This document shows positions 35,740-45,646 of a stretch of 64,000 nucleotides of DNA, one piece after another. Origin of the DNA: Candidatus Xenobia bacterium (GTDB lineage Bacteria; Vulcanimicrobiota; Xenobia; Xenobiales; QWHO01); the NCBI GenBank assembly GCA_045863235.1, contig BTUM01000019.1, forward strand, positions 32,001 to 96,000, written 5' to 3'. Made by a program: the position numbers and the translations under genes. The first letter of the stretch is position 1, and every line of letters begins with the position of its first letter. A model generated the notes under the pieces. The model made no database searches. It was not told the DNA's origin and saw nothing but the letters and a program-made list of their open reading frames with translations.

Positions 35740-37028
35740 AACGCGGCCTGGTCGTGCTGGCTTTGACCGCTCTGCAGGCCTGTGGCCCTCCTCCCCCGGA
35801 CCCGGCCCTGCACATGGCTCCCGACACCCCTCTGAGCGAATCGGCCTACGTCGCCTCCGATCGGGGCGGCCAGCTCTGGTTCCGACTCTACCGGCGAGGT
35901 GACCCCTCGGACGAGCCCTTTCGCCCCAGCGGCGTGAGCGCCCCTGGCCGCATCCGAATTCCAGAAGGACACCTGGTAGATCTGGAGGTGCGCGGTCGCA
36001 TCGGTCCCTTCCAGCTGTTCCGCGCCACCCAGGGCCGCGTCCAACCAGAGTCACACGTTTCCCTGGTCAGTGTGGTGGAGCTCGATTGGAATCGCATCCT
36101 GGCCCTGGGACTGGTCAGCCTGGCCGGCCTCTCGGGAGCGCTCTGGCTGATCCTCGCCAGCCGCCTGCGCCACCGGGAGAATCAGGCACTGGAGCTCGAG
36201 GTCGAGCGCAACCAGGCTGAAGAACGGGCTCGGCGGGCCGAGTCGCGCACCGGTGGTGATCCCATTCGGCTGGGGCCGTACCGCATCCTGGAACGGCTCG
36301 GCCAGGGCGGGCACGCGGTGGTCTACCTGGTCGAAGACGAGTATGGCGACCGCTTCGCACTGAAAATTCCCAGCCAGCCCTCCCAGCGCTTCCAGCGAGA
36401 ATGCGAAATCTTGCGGGAGCTGCGCCACCCGGGCATTGTGCGCTTGCACAGCTTCTCGGTCGCAAGCCAGGACGAACCGGCCTACATGGTGCTCGAACCG
36501 GTCGAAGGGGAGAGCCTGCTCGAGCGACTCGAGCGGCCCATGGCCCCTGAGGAAGCGGTGCGCATCGCGCGCGAGCTGCTGCAGGCGCTCGAATATGCTC
36601 ATCAGGCCGGGGTCGTTCATCGCGACGTCTCGGCCGGCAACGTGCTCTTGACCGCTCAGGGAGTGCGCCTGCTCGACTTCGGGCTGGCCCGCCAGGATCT
36701 GCAGGTCACCCTGACGGCCCCCGACCAGACCCTGGGAACCCCTGCCTACGCCGCCCCGGAGCAGATCGACAGCCACACCGTCGACGCCCGGGCCGACCTT
36801 TTTGCGGTGGGCGTGTTGCTCTATCAGATGCTGACCGGGCGGCTACCCTGGCAAGAGCGCGACGCCGTCAAGCTGTTCCTGGCCAAGAGCAGCACGCCGC
36901 CGCCTCCTCCCAACCAGCTCAACCCGATGATTTCACGGTCGTTGAGCGAGCTCGTCATGGACCTGTTGCGGGCTGACCCCGCGGATCGACCCGAATCGGC
37001 CGGGGCCGTGCTGAGGCGGCTGAGCTGA
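35736..37028 (+). CDS. Membrane-anchored Hanks-type Ser/Thr protein kinase
   Basis: LGQGG..VY, ALK, HRDVS.GN, DFGLA, GTPAYAAPE, DLFAVG; signal/lipobox-like N-terminus and one TM helix before the kinase domain. Confidence 0.9.
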   Translation: MKRGLVVLALTALQACGPPPPDPALHMAPDTPLSESAYVASDRGGQLWFRLYRRGDPSDEPFRPSGVSAPGRIRIPEGHLVDLEVRGRIGPFQLFRATQGRVQPESHVSLVSVVELDWNRILALGLVSLAGLSGALWLILASRLRHRENQALELEVERNQAEERARRAESRTGGDPIRLGPYRILERLGQGGHAVVYLVEDEYGDRFALKIPSQPSQRFQRECEILRELRHPGIVRLHSFSVASQDEPAYMVLEPVEGESLLERLERPMAPEEAVRIARELLQALEYAHQAGVVHRDVSAGNVLLTAQGVRLLDFGLARQDLQVTLTAPDQTLGTPAYAAPEQIDSHTVDARADLFAVGVLLYQMLTGRLPWQERDAVKLFLAKSSTPPPPPNQLNPMISRSLSELVMDLLRADPADRPESAGAVLRRLS

Positions 37029-38245
37029 TGGCAACTTTCCGCTACCGGGCTTCGGGCGCAGGGGGAGCGTTGAAGGAGGGGGTGCTGGAGGCAACCAGCA
37101 AACAGGATGCTTCCCGCTCCCTGCTGCAACGGGGCCTGATGGTCCTCGAGCTGAAAGAGGAGCGTGCTGCCGCTCCTCGCCAGCTGGTGGCCCCACCGGT
37201 CCCCCGGGCGATCGTCGCCCCGCCCCCTCGACTGACCCGGCTCTCGGCCATGGAAGCCGCGGTGCTGTTTCGCCAGCTGGCGGTCATGTTCCAGGCCGGC
37301 CTCTCGCTCTTTCGGGCAGTCACCTGCCTGGCCCAGCAGGCTGAGCGGCCCCGCCGGCGCCAGGCACTGGAGCTGCTGGCCGCCCGCCTGGCCGAGGGCT
37401 CCTCGCTGAGCCAGGCCATGGAGCTCTCCGGGCTCTTTTCGCAACTTGAGATCGGGGTGATGAAGGCGGGGGAGGAGTCGGGTATGCTCAGCGTCCTGCT
37501 CGAGCGACTGGCCCGGCTTCAAGAGCTGGAGTTGGCCTTTCAGCAACAGGTGAAGGCCCGCCTCAGCTACCCGGTTGGCGTGGCCGCAGCCATGGTGGTG
37601 GCCGCCTCGCTACTGACCATCTTGATGGGCCGAGTCGTCGCCTCCATGGGGAGCCTGGCCGAGGCCAGCCCCTTTCTGAGGTTGATCCAACAACCCTGGC
37701 TGCCGGCCCTCATGCTGCTCGTCCCGCTAGCTCTGGGCTGGTTGGCCTGGTGGGGTTGGAGGGGCTCCTCCACCCGGGCCAGCATGGAGCGCGTCTTGCT
37801 GAGGTTTGCCGTGGTCGGGCCCCTGCTGCGCCGGGCCGAGTCAGCCCGCATCTGCCGTATTCTGGCCGTGCTGGCTTCCAGCGGACTGCGGGTGGATCGC
37901 AGTCTGAGCCTGGCCGCCGGCACGACCGGGAGCCCCCTGGCACGCGAGGCCCTCGAGGTCGCTCGCCGCCATCTGGTGGCGGGTGAAGGGCTGGCCGCCG
38001 CTCTGGCGGCAAGCGGCTATTTTCCGCGCGAGGTGATCCAGATGACCGCGGCCGGCGAGAGTTCCGGGCGGCTGGGGCCGATGCTCTCCAAAGTGGCCGA
38101 ATATGCCGACCTTCAGGTTACCCAGTTCCTGGAGGCTGCGGTTACGGCCCTGGAGCCGCTGCTACTGAGCGTGCTCGGCTTTCTGGTCGGACTTACCATG
38201 CTGGCCATCTTCGGGCCCCTTTACGGAGCTCTGGGCAGACTTTGA
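37028..38245 (+). CDS. Type II secretion F / type IV pilus platform protein (PilC/GspF family)
   Basis: F.YRA....G...EG.LEA, FRQLAVM..AGL, GEESG.L, LSYP, GE.SG.L..ML, LEP. Confidence 0.88.
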   Translation: MATFRYRASGAGGALKEGVLEATSKQDASRSLLQRGLMVLELKEERAAAPRQLVAPPVPRAIVAPPPRLTRLSAMEAAVLFRQLAVMFQAGLSLFRAVTCLAQQAERPRRRQALELLAARLAEGSSLSQAMELSGLFSQLEIGVMKAGEESGMLSVLLERLARLQELELAFQQQVKARLSYPVGVAAAMVVAASLLTILMGRVVASMGSLAEASPFLRLIQQPWLPALMLLVPLALGWLAWWGWRGSSTRASMERVLLRFAVVGPLLRRAESARICRILAVLASSGLRVDRSLSLAAGTTGSPLAREALEVARRHLVAGEGLAAALAASGYFPREVIQMTAAGESSGRLGPMLSKVAEYADLQVTQFLEAAVTALEPLLLSVLGFLVGLTMLAIFGPLYGALGRL

Positions 38246-38779
38246 CAGGCTCTGCTTGAGGCGAGCCGGCATGGGGTCGATGGGGTCGAGCTTCATCGCC
38301 GCATCGAACTGCTCGATCGCCTTCTCAGGCTGCTCCAGACGCACGTACACCAACCCCAGCGTGGTCCGAAACTGACTGATTCCAGGGTGGACCCGACAGG
38401 CTTCCTGGAGCACCTCGATCGCCCTGTCGGGCTGCTTGCTCAGAAGGTAGCAGTGGGCCAGCAGGTCCCAGGCGGCCAGATAGTCGGGGCACAGGTGGAT
38501 GACCTGCTCCAGATGCTCGATCGCTTCCGGGAGGTGCCGATGATGCACCTCGTCCTCGGCCTGGGCATACAGGCTACGCGCCCGGTCAAAATCGCGCCAC
38601 TGGGCCTGCGCCCGGAGACTCATCGCCAGCGCGATCGGCAGGAGAAGGCAAAAGATCCCGATACTCAGGGCGCGTCGCCGCGACCCGGCTGGTGCTACTC
38701 GCATTCTGACAAGATTCGCCGCACCCGAGCCCCGGCCTCTCATGGAATGAGCCTTCCGTGCTGAAGCCTTCCGGGACAA
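38162..38779 (-). CDS. Membrane-anchored TPR protein (start uncertain, possibly 38704)
   Basis: TM helix followed by TPR units (EAIEHLEQV..LCPD, LGLVY...EKAIEQF..AM.LDP); overlaps the 3' end of the convergent pilC. Confidence 0.65.
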   Translation of the reverse strand: MSRKASARKAHSMRGRGSGAANLVRMRVAPAGSRRRALSIGIFCLLLPIALAMSLRAQAQWRDFDRARSLYAQAEDEVHHRHLPEAIEHLEQVIHLCPDYLAAWDLLAHCYLLSKQPDRAIEVLQEACRVHPGISQFRTTLGLVYVRLEQPEKAIEQFDAAMKLDPIDPMPARLKQSLSKSAQSSVKGPEDGQHGKSDQKAEHAQ

Positions 38780-38795
38780 CCCTCAGCACTTCACT

Positions 38796-39557
38796 TCAAC
38801 GGCCGGCCCTGGCGCGCAGATCGACTCGCACCATGGGGACTTCGATCTCGCCCTCGTGGTCGCCCAGGAGCTGGTCGGTGAAGCTTTCCAGCTCGAGCTC
38901 GGTGAGCCGCTCCACATAGGGGCGCCAGCCCGCCTCAAACCAGCTTTTGAAGGCCTGGCGCGAGGCCAGGCGCCCGGTCCGAGAGATCAGCTCCAGCCGC
39001 TCCACTTTCAGATCGGTCAGAGCCCGCTGGAAGGGTTCGAGCCCCAGAAAGGTCCAGGGCATCTCGAAACCGGCGAACGCCTCGCGCCAGGCCGGCGAGC
39101 TTCGCAAAGTCTCCACCCGGTCCAGCCAGAAAGCCATGTTCCCCTGGCCGCCCAGTTGGACCCGGAGCAGTCCGCCCGGATTGAGCAGGCGACCCATGCG
39201 GGCCACGGCCGCGGGAGGATCGCTCAGCCAGTGCAGGCAAGCAAACGAGCAGACCAGATCGAAGCCCGGTGTGAACTCGAGCGAAGCCGCGTCGGCCACT
39301 TCAAAGCTCAAACCAGGTCGAGCGTAATTGCGAGTGGCAAAGTCCACCATTTCGGGGGCCAGATCCACACCCACCACCCGGGCGCCAGGACAGCGTGCGG
39401 CGAGTTCCGCGGTCACCCGTCCACTTCCACAGCCAACATCCAGAATCGAGCCCACGGCCGTCAGGTCGAGTTGCTCGAGCACCTCCTGCGCAAGACCGAA
39501 CTGGACCTGGCTGTGCTGGTCATAACTGGCCGGATTCCACACTGTGGGCCTCATCAC
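38796..39557 (-). CDS. Class I SAM-dependent methyltransferase (trans-aconitate methyltransferase-like)
   Basis: WNPASY, ILDVGCGSG, GVD..PEMV, FDLV.S.ACLHW, LNPGG. Confidence 0.85.
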   Translation of the reverse strand: MMRPTVWNPASYDQHSQVQFGLAQEVLEQLDLTAVGSILDVGCGSGRVTAELAARCPGARVVGVDLAPEMVDFATRNYARPGLSFEVADAASLEFTPGFDLVCSFACLHWLSDPPAAVARMGRLLNPGGLLRVQLGGQGNMAFWLDRVETLRSSPAWREAFAGFEMPWTFLGLEPFQRALTDLKVERLELISRTGRLASRQAFKSWFEAGWRPYVERLTELELESFTDQLLGDHEGEIEVPMVRVDLRARAGR

Positions 39558-39576
39558 CGAGGTCCCCGAGAAGGGG

Positions 39577-40635
39577 TCACGGAGTCCAGTCGTCTTGCTT
39601 CTTCACCGACTGGCAGAAGGCTGCCAGCAAACGCACGCAATTGTCGAGGTCGTCAAGCTCGAGCATCTCGCAAGGATTGTGCATGTAGCGCAAGGGGATA
39701 GAGAGCAGTCCGGCTGCGACTCCTGCCCTGGAAAGCTGAATGACGTTGGCGTCGGTTCCGGTACCCCGAGGATTGGCCTCGACCTGATAGGGAATCTTGC
39801 CCGCCTCGGCCACCTCGACCAGACGCTGGAAAACGTGAGGATTGACGTTGGGGCCCCGAGCGATGACCGGGCCCTTTCCCATCTGGATGTCTCCGTGGCG
39901 CTTCTTGTCCGAGTCAGGCAGGTCGGTGGCATGGCAGACATCAATGGCGATTCCGATGGTGGGATTGATCCCGTAGGCGGCCGTCTGGGCCCCGCGTAAC
40001 CCGATTTCTTCCTGCACCGCCGAGACTCCGTGCACCGATGCCGCCAGCTTCTTGCCCTTGAGCGAGCGCAAAGTCTCGGCCACGACATAGAGACCGCAGC
40101 GGTTGTCGAAGGCTTTGGAAGCAGCTCGACCATTGCGCAACAAGGTGAGACTGGCATCCATCGTAACCGGGTCGCCCAACTTGACCAGCTCGCGTGCCTC
40201 GTCACCGGAAGTGGCCCCGATGTCCACCCACATCTTGTGCAACTCGGACTTCTTCTTGCGCTCTTCCTCGTCCATGAGGTGGATGGCGCGCTTACCGAAA
40301 ACGCCGGGTATGGAGCCCGAGGCGGTGTGCACCAGCGCCCGCTGAGCCACGATCACCTCGGCGTCCCAGCCCCCCGAGGCCACCACGAAGAGGTAGCCCT
40401 TGTCGTCGATGTACTTGACCAGAAAGCCGATCTCATCGGAGTGACCGTCGAGCATGATGCGGGGATTGCCCTTGGGGTTGGCGACAGCGATCACCGAGCC
40501 CATCAGGTCGGTGCGCATCTCCCCCACCTGGCCCTCCAGGCGAGCACGAAAAACTTTCTGAACAGCCTGCTCATAGCCGGGCGTGCCGTGCGACTCAACG
40601 AGCTGTTGAAGGAACTCCAGGGCGCCCTTCTTCAT
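39577..40635 (-). CDS. M42-family aminopeptidase
   Basis: GHSDEIG, KAFDNR, VQEEIG, AIDV, GTDA, RYMH.P.E. Confidence 0.92.
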   Translation of the reverse strand: MKKGALEFLQQLVESHGTPGYEQAVQKVFRARLEGQVGEMRTDLMGSVIAVANPKGNPRIMLDGHSDEIGFLVKYIDDKGYLFVVASGGWDAEVIVAQRALVHTASGSIPGVFGKRAIHLMDEEERKKKSELHKMWVDIGATSGDEARELVKLGDPVTMDASLTLLRNGRAASKAFDNRCGLYVVAETLRSLKGKKLAASVHGVSAVQEEIGLRGAQTAAYGINPTIGIAIDVCHATDLPDSDKKRHGDIQMGKGPVIARGPNVNPHVFQRLVEVAEAGKIPYQVEANPRGTGTDANVIQLSRAGVAAGLLSIPLRYMHNPCEMLELDDLDNCVRLLAAFCQSVKKQDDWTP

Positions 40636-43097
40636 CGCTGGATGGTCAAGAACAGCTCGCTCATCTCAGCCGAGGGCGAGATGTTCAACTCGTTCTTCAT
40701 GATCTGGGCGCAGCTTTGATACTGGCGGGCGGCCTGCTCGGGCTTGCCCTGCTCCACGAAAGCCCGCATCAGGCAAAGGTGCGCTTCCTGGTGACAGTTG
40801 TCGATCTTGAGCAGGCGCTGGGCGTAATCGTTGCTGACCTCGTAGCGCTCTTTCTCGAAGAAGTAGGTCATCAGGCTCTCGAGCACCTCGGTATACTTCA
40901 TCTCCAGCTCTTCGCGGAGCAAGATGGACCAATCAGCGTAGTAGCCTTCCATGAACTCACCCTGATAGAGGCCTTCAGCCTTCTGGAAGGCGATGATGGA
41001 CTCGTCATCGCGCCCCTCGCGCTCGCGGGCCTGACCAAGCTCGTACTGTCGCTCGAACTCGGCCACGTCGAAGAACCAGGAACGGTCCACATTGAATCGA
41101 TAGAAGCCTTTGCGGGCAAGCACCACGCGGTCGGACTCCCCGGTGAAGACTGCTTCCAACGCCTTGCGCATGTGCGAAAGAGCGGCGTAAAGAGATTGGC
41201 GGGCCTTCTCGGGCGGGTGATCGGGCCAGAACAGGTCCATGATCTTCTCGTCTGGGATGTCTCGGCCCGAATGCACCGCCAAATAAGCGAACAGGTACTT
41301 CGACTTGCGGGTCTTCCAGAGCTTGTCGCCCACCTCCTGGCCGCCCGCGAAGACGCGGAACTTGCCAAAACCATACAGCGAAAGGGGCGGAGCCTGCACC
41401 GCACCGGCCACACCTTCCTTGGGGGACAAAAGCTCCATCACCCGCTCGCGAGTGTTCGCCTGGACGTCGGCCAGGAATGGCTGGACAGCATCAAAGCCCA
41501 GTGATTGCAGCATGCGGTCGACCGCTGGCGACTCCTGGGCGGCAAATTCGAGCAGCAGCGGAATGGCCAGGTGACGCTGCTGACGCAGCGACTGCTGGAG
41601 CCCGTACTTCTCGACGGTCTCGGCAGCCAGGTCGACCTGCGCCCTGGCCTCAGCGGCCTGATTGTTCTTGTGCAGCACCTTGCCACGATAAAGAGCGGTG
41701 GAGGCCAGCTCAGGCTGGTGCTCCCACACGGTGAAGATCTCGCGAGCCCTGTCGAGGTCTTCCAGAGCCGGCGCAACTTCTCCCTGTACGCCCCGGACCA
41801 GGCCTCGGACAGCCTGGGCCTTGCCGGTGCGCAGCTGGCTCTGACCGATGGCGGCCTCCACGGCCTGATCGGCGTAGCCGCGCGCGTCGTCCACGCGACC
41901 GCGGTGCAGGTGAGAAAGCGCCAGGCCGACCAGCGCCTCGGAGCGCAAACCGCCCGCCGCCTCCGGCAGCAGCTCCAAAGCGCCCGAATAGGCTTTCCCC
42001 GATATTTCAAGGTCGCCAGCCGACAGGTAGGTGCCTGCCAGGCCCAGCATCAGCTCCACCTGCCGCTCCTTGGAGAGGGCCTCCTCGCGAACTTCCTCGT
42101 CGTCCTCGGCCGTTTCGTCGGTGGCCTCTTCGTCGGCAGCCAGCATCTTGAGGAACTGATTGACCAGGTCCGGGTCGAAGTGGGTGCCAGCCTCCTTCTC
42201 CAGGATCTGGCGAGCGTCGTGGTGGCTCAAAGGCTCGCGGTGAGGGCGCGCGCTGATCATGGCATCGTAAGCCTCAGCCACGCAAAGAATGCGCGATTCC
42301 AGAGGAATTTGGGTACCCTTCAGGCCCTGCGGGTGTCCCGAGCCATCGAACCATTCATGGTGGTGCAGCACGATCCGGAACACTTCTCGCAGACTCCCCA
42401 GACTGCTGAACAAAGTCTGGGATTGCTGGCTGGAGGCCTCCTGCAGTTGCTGCTTTTCGCCCTCGTCGAGCATCTCTTCGGTCTTGTCCAGGAAGGCTTT
42501 TTTCTGGCCGATGGTGCCCACGTCATGCAAGAAGGCAGCCAACTCGAGCACCTCGAGCCGGTTGCGGGAAAGCCCGGCCGCCTTGCCGATCTTCAGAGAG
42601 CTCTCGGCCACGCGGCGCGAGTGACCGCTGAAGTGCTCGTCGCGCTCCTCCACGCCCTCGGCCAGCAGTTTGACGATGGCCGCAAAATCGCGCCACTGCT
42701 GCTCGAGACCCTGAGAGAAACTCTTCTGCAGCCGATAGGACTCCAGGCTGCGCTTGACGCTCTGCACGAACTGCTTGTCGTCAAAGGGCTTCATCAAATA
42801 GTCGTCCACGCCCATCTTGATGGCGCGAATGGGCACGTCGGGACTGGCGTAGCCGGTGATCACGATGGAGCGGGTATCGGGCTGGTCGCGTTTGAGGTTG
42901 GAGATCGTCTCCAGACCGTCCATTTCGGCCATGCGGACGTCACACACCACCAGGTCGAAGGATGTCTCCTTCGCCTTCTGAATGGCGTCCAGCCCCGAAG
43001 ACGCGGTGGTTACATCGTAACCCTCGTCCGTAAGCAGAATCTCCAAGGCTGCAAGCATCAAGGGGTCGTCTTCGACCACCAGGATCTTCTCCGGCAC
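40632..43097 (-). CDS. Multidomain regulator: receiver - HD-GYP - TPR - SARP-type HTH/BTAD
   Basis: REC (VEDD, DVRM, KPF); HD-GYP (GHSRRVA, LHDVG, HHEWFDGSGHP); C-terminal WKTRKSK.LF.YL, LYQGEFM, E.AH..LM BTAD signature. Confidence 0.88.
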   Translation of the reverse strand: MPEKILVVEDDPLMLAALEILLTDEGYDVTTASSGLDAIQKAKETSFDLVVCDVRMAEMDGLETISNLKRDQPDTRSIVITGYASPDVPIRAIKMGVDDYLMKPFDDKQFVQSVKRSLESYRLQKSFSQGLEQQWRDFAAIVKLLAEGVEERDEHFSGHSRRVAESSLKIGKAAGLSRNRLEVLELAAFLHDVGTIGQKKAFLDKTEEMLDEGEKQQLQEASSQQSQTLFSSLGSLREVFRIVLHHHEWFDGSGHPQGLKGTQIPLESRILCVAEAYDAMISARPHREPLSHHDARQILEKEAGTHFDPDLVNQFLKMLAADEEATDETAEDDEEVREEALSKERQVELMLGLAGTYLSAGDLEISGKAYSGALELLPEAAGGLRSEALVGLALSHLHRGRVDDARGYADQAVEAAIGQSQLRTGKAQAVRGLVRGVQGEVAPALEDLDRAREIFTVWEHQPELASTALYRGKVLHKNNQAAEARAQVDLAAETVEKYGLQQSLRQQRHLAIPLLLEFAAQESPAVDRMLQSLGFDAVQPFLADVQANTRERVMELLSPKEGVAGAVQAPPLSLYGFGKFRVFAGGQEVGDKLWKTRKSKYLFAYLAVHSGRDIPDEKIMDLFWPDHPPEKARQSLYAALSHMRKALEAVFTGESDRVVLARKGFYRFNVDRSWFFDVAEFERQYELGQAREREGRDDESIIAFQKAEGLYQGEFMEGYYADWSILLREELEMKYTEVLESLMTYFFEKERYEVSNDYAQRLLKIDNCHQEAHLCLMRAFVEQGKPEQAARQYQSCAQIMKNELNISPSAEMSELFLTIQR

Positions 43098-43254
43098 GGT
43101 GCCTCCCCAGTCACTGGTAAGTCGGTCCGACCGGCGACCGGACCGAGCATCCTACTGATCCCGAGTTGAAATTCTTTGGCAATTCCCCTTCTCAAGGCGA
43201 AGTCCTCCCTGCCCGGCGGGCTCCCGACAGGGGGCCCAGGGGAGGGAAGGATAT

Positions 43255-44442
43255 TCAACCAACCTGAGCGGGCTCGCGTCGAACCTCATCCTCATAAGCT
43301 TGAATCCCGGTGAGATGGCGCCCCAGAATCAACTGCTGAATCTGGCTGGTTCCCTCGTAGAGGCTGGCCACCCGGGCGTCGCGCCAGAGCCGCTCCGGGG
43401 CAAACTCGTTGGAATAGCCGTAGCCACCGTGGATCTGGATGGCTTTGTCGGCGGCCCGCTTGGCCACTTCGCTGGCATAGTACTTGCACACCGAGACCTC
43501 GATGGTGCTCTTGCGGCCCTCGTTCTTGGCCATTCCGGCCTGGTAGACCAGCAACCGGGCGGCTTGCGTCTCGACATAGAGGTCGGCCAGCATCTCCTGC
43601 ACCAATTGGAAGCCCGCGATCGGTTTGCCGAAGGCTTCCCGCTCCTTGGAGTATGCGACGCTGCAATCCAGGGCGTGCTGAGCGATGCCGACGCAGCCGC
43701 TGGCTACGCCGTAGCGCCCATTATCCAGAGCGCTCATGGCGATCTTGAAGCCCTGCCCCACCTCGCCCAGTCGGGCTGAATCAGGCACCCGCACGTTCTC
43801 GAGGAACAGCTCGCCCGTGTCGGAGGCCTTCAAACCCAGTTTCCCTTTCATCTTCTGAGTCTGGAAGCCGGGCGACTTCGTCTCCACCAGGAAAGCCACC
43901 ATCCCGCGATGCTTGGAGCCCGGCTCGGTCTGGGCGAAGATCAGGGCCAGATCAGCCCAGGTACCGTTGGAGATCCAGACCTTCTGGCCGTTCAAGATCC
44001 AGTCCGATCCCTGGCGCACGGCCCGGGTGGCCAGGTTGCCCGCATCCGAGCCCGCTCCAGGCTCGGTCAGGCCAAAGCAGCCGATCCACTCGGCCGAGCA
44101 CAGGCGGGGCAGGTAGGTTTTCTTCTGCTCCTCGGTGCCCCAGGCCAGAATCGTCAGCTCCACCAGCGACATCTGCACCGACAGCGTGGTGCGCACCGAG
44201 GAGTCGGCGTAGCCGATCTCTTCGAAGACCATTGCCTCGCTGATATAGTCCAGGCCGGCCCCGCCGTACTGCTCGGGCACCGGAACACCCAGAAAGCCGA
44301 GCTTGCCCATCTCGTTGAGCAGCTCCCGGGGATAGGCCTCCTCGATGTCCCAGCGGCGGGCGTGAGGCAAGATCTTATCCCGCGCGAAGCTACGCGCGGC
44401 ATCGCGGATCATTTTTTGTTCGGAAGTCGGGTTGAAGTCCAT
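43255..44442 (-). CDS. Acyl-CoA dehydrogenase
   Basis: FGLTEPGAGSD, NGQKVWISNG, R.AFGKPI..FQ, QIHGGYGY, LYEGTSQIQ. Confidence 0.93.
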   Translation of the reverse strand: MDFNPTSEQKMIRDAARSFARDKILPHARRWDIEEAYPRELLNEMGKLGFLGVPVPEQYGGAGLDYISEAMVFEEIGYADSSVRTTLSVQMSLVELTILAWGTEEQKKTYLPRLCSAEWIGCFGLTEPGAGSDAGNLATRAVRQGSDWILNGQKVWISNGTWADLALIFAQTEPGSKHRGMVAFLVETKSPGFQTQKMKGKLGLKASDTGELFLENVRVPDSARLGEVGQGFKIAMSALDNGRYGVASGCVGIAQHALDCSVAYSKEREAFGKPIAGFQLVQEMLADLYVETQAARLLVYQAGMAKNEGRKSTIEVSVCKYYASEVAKRAADKAIQIHGGYGYSNEFAPERLWRDARVASLYEGTSQIQQLILGRHLTGIQAYEDEVRREPAQVG

Positions 44443-44497
44443 GGTGGCGCGGCCATTCTGGCAGGCCGGTGAGCCCTCCTGCCGAAGGCAGGTCGCC

Positions 44498-45229
44498 GTG
44501 CGTCTGACCGAGCTGACTTACACCCGCTTCGAGGCACTCGACCGCTCACGCTGCGTGGCCCTCCTGCCGGTGGGAGCCATCGAGGCCCACGGCCCGCACC
44601 TGCCCCTTGGCACCGATGGGGTGATCGCCGAGGCCATGGCCGGGCGGGCGACCGAGTTGCTGGCCCACGAGGGATATACGGCGCTCATACTTCCCACGAT
44701 GGACTTCACAGTGGCCGGGTTTGCCCGGAACTTTGCCGGCACATTCAGCTTCCGGCCCGAGACCGTGCGCCTGCTTTTGCAGGATCTGACGGCCGAGCTC
44801 TCGCGTTGGGGTCTGGCCGCGCTGGGAGTGGCCAATGCCCACCTTGACCCACTTCACCTGAAGTGCCTGCAGCAGGGCTTGGCGGATGCCCCCCTCCCGG
44901 TGGCCTTCCCAGACCTGACCCGTAAACGTCACGCCACCCGCCTGAGCGAGGAGTTCCAGAGCGGGGCATGCCATGCCGGCCAGTACGAGGGCTCTATCGT
45001 GCTTGCTGCCCGACCCGAGCTGGTCGAGCTGGCCACGGCCCGAGCCTTGCCCGACAATCCGCGCTCGCTGGTGGACGCCATCCGCGCCGGAATCTCCAGC
45101 TTCGAGGAAGCGGGAGGCCCACAGGCCTACTTTGGCTCCCCTCGCGGCATCAACGCCCCGGAGGGTCACGAGAGCATCGCCACGCTGGCGAGCATCCTGG
45201 CCGAGGAGCTGCTGGCTCTGCTGCGATGA
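44498..45229 (+). CDS. Creatininase/creatinine amidohydrolase family protein
   Basis: LPVGAIEAHGPHLPLGTD, NAH, HAGQYE; GTG at 44498. Confidence 0.88.
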   Translation: MRLTELTYTRFEALDRSRCVALLPVGAIEAHGPHLPLGTDGVIAEAMAGRATELLAHEGYTALILPTMDFTVAGFARNFAGTFSFRPETVRLLLQDLTAELSRWGLAALGVANAHLDPLHLKCLQQGLADAPLPVAFPDLTRKRHATRLSEEFQSGACHAGQYEGSIVLAARPELVELATARALPDNPRSLVDAIRAGISSFEEAGGPQAYFGSPRGINAPEGHESIATLASILAEELLALLR

Positions 45230-45272
45230 AGCGCCTGAAAGGAAGACCGGGGAAGGGCCTGAAGTGTTCCTC

Positions 45273-45644
45273 ATGAGACTCTTGACGCTGACCTTCTGCC
45301 TGCTGCTGACGGCCGCCGTGCTGGCCGAAGGCTTCACCACCAGGGTTCGCTTCCAGGCGGGAACCAGCGGCGCCAAGCTGCAGGGGGCCGTGGCCCGCGG
45401 TGAGGAGAACACCTACATTCTTGGCGCGACCGGTGGACAGACGATGGCGGTGAAGATCAGCTCGGTCGAAGGCAACGCCGTCTTCCACATCATCGGCTCA
45501 TCGGGCAAGCCGCTGGCCGGCGCCGAGCCAGGCAAGGATGCCACCCAGTGGCAGGGCCAGTTGCAGCGCGACGGCGACTATCGCGTGGTGGTCGGGGCCA
45601 CCCGGGGCGGGGCCGAGTACACGCTGCAGATCAGCATCAAGTAG
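45273..45644 (+). CDS. Small secreted beta-sandwich (PPC-like) protein
   Basis: Signal peptide MRLLTLTFCLLLTAAVLA; V.F..G...Y.L.A..GQ.M.V...W.G.L...GDY.V pattern. Confidence 0.7.
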   Translation: MRLLTLTFCLLLTAAVLAEGFTTRVRFQAGTSGAKLQGAVARGEENTYILGATGGQTMAVKISSVEGNAVFHIIGSSGKPLAGAEPGKDATQWQGQLQRDGDYRVVVGATRGGAEYTLQISIK

Positions 45645-45646
45645 GC

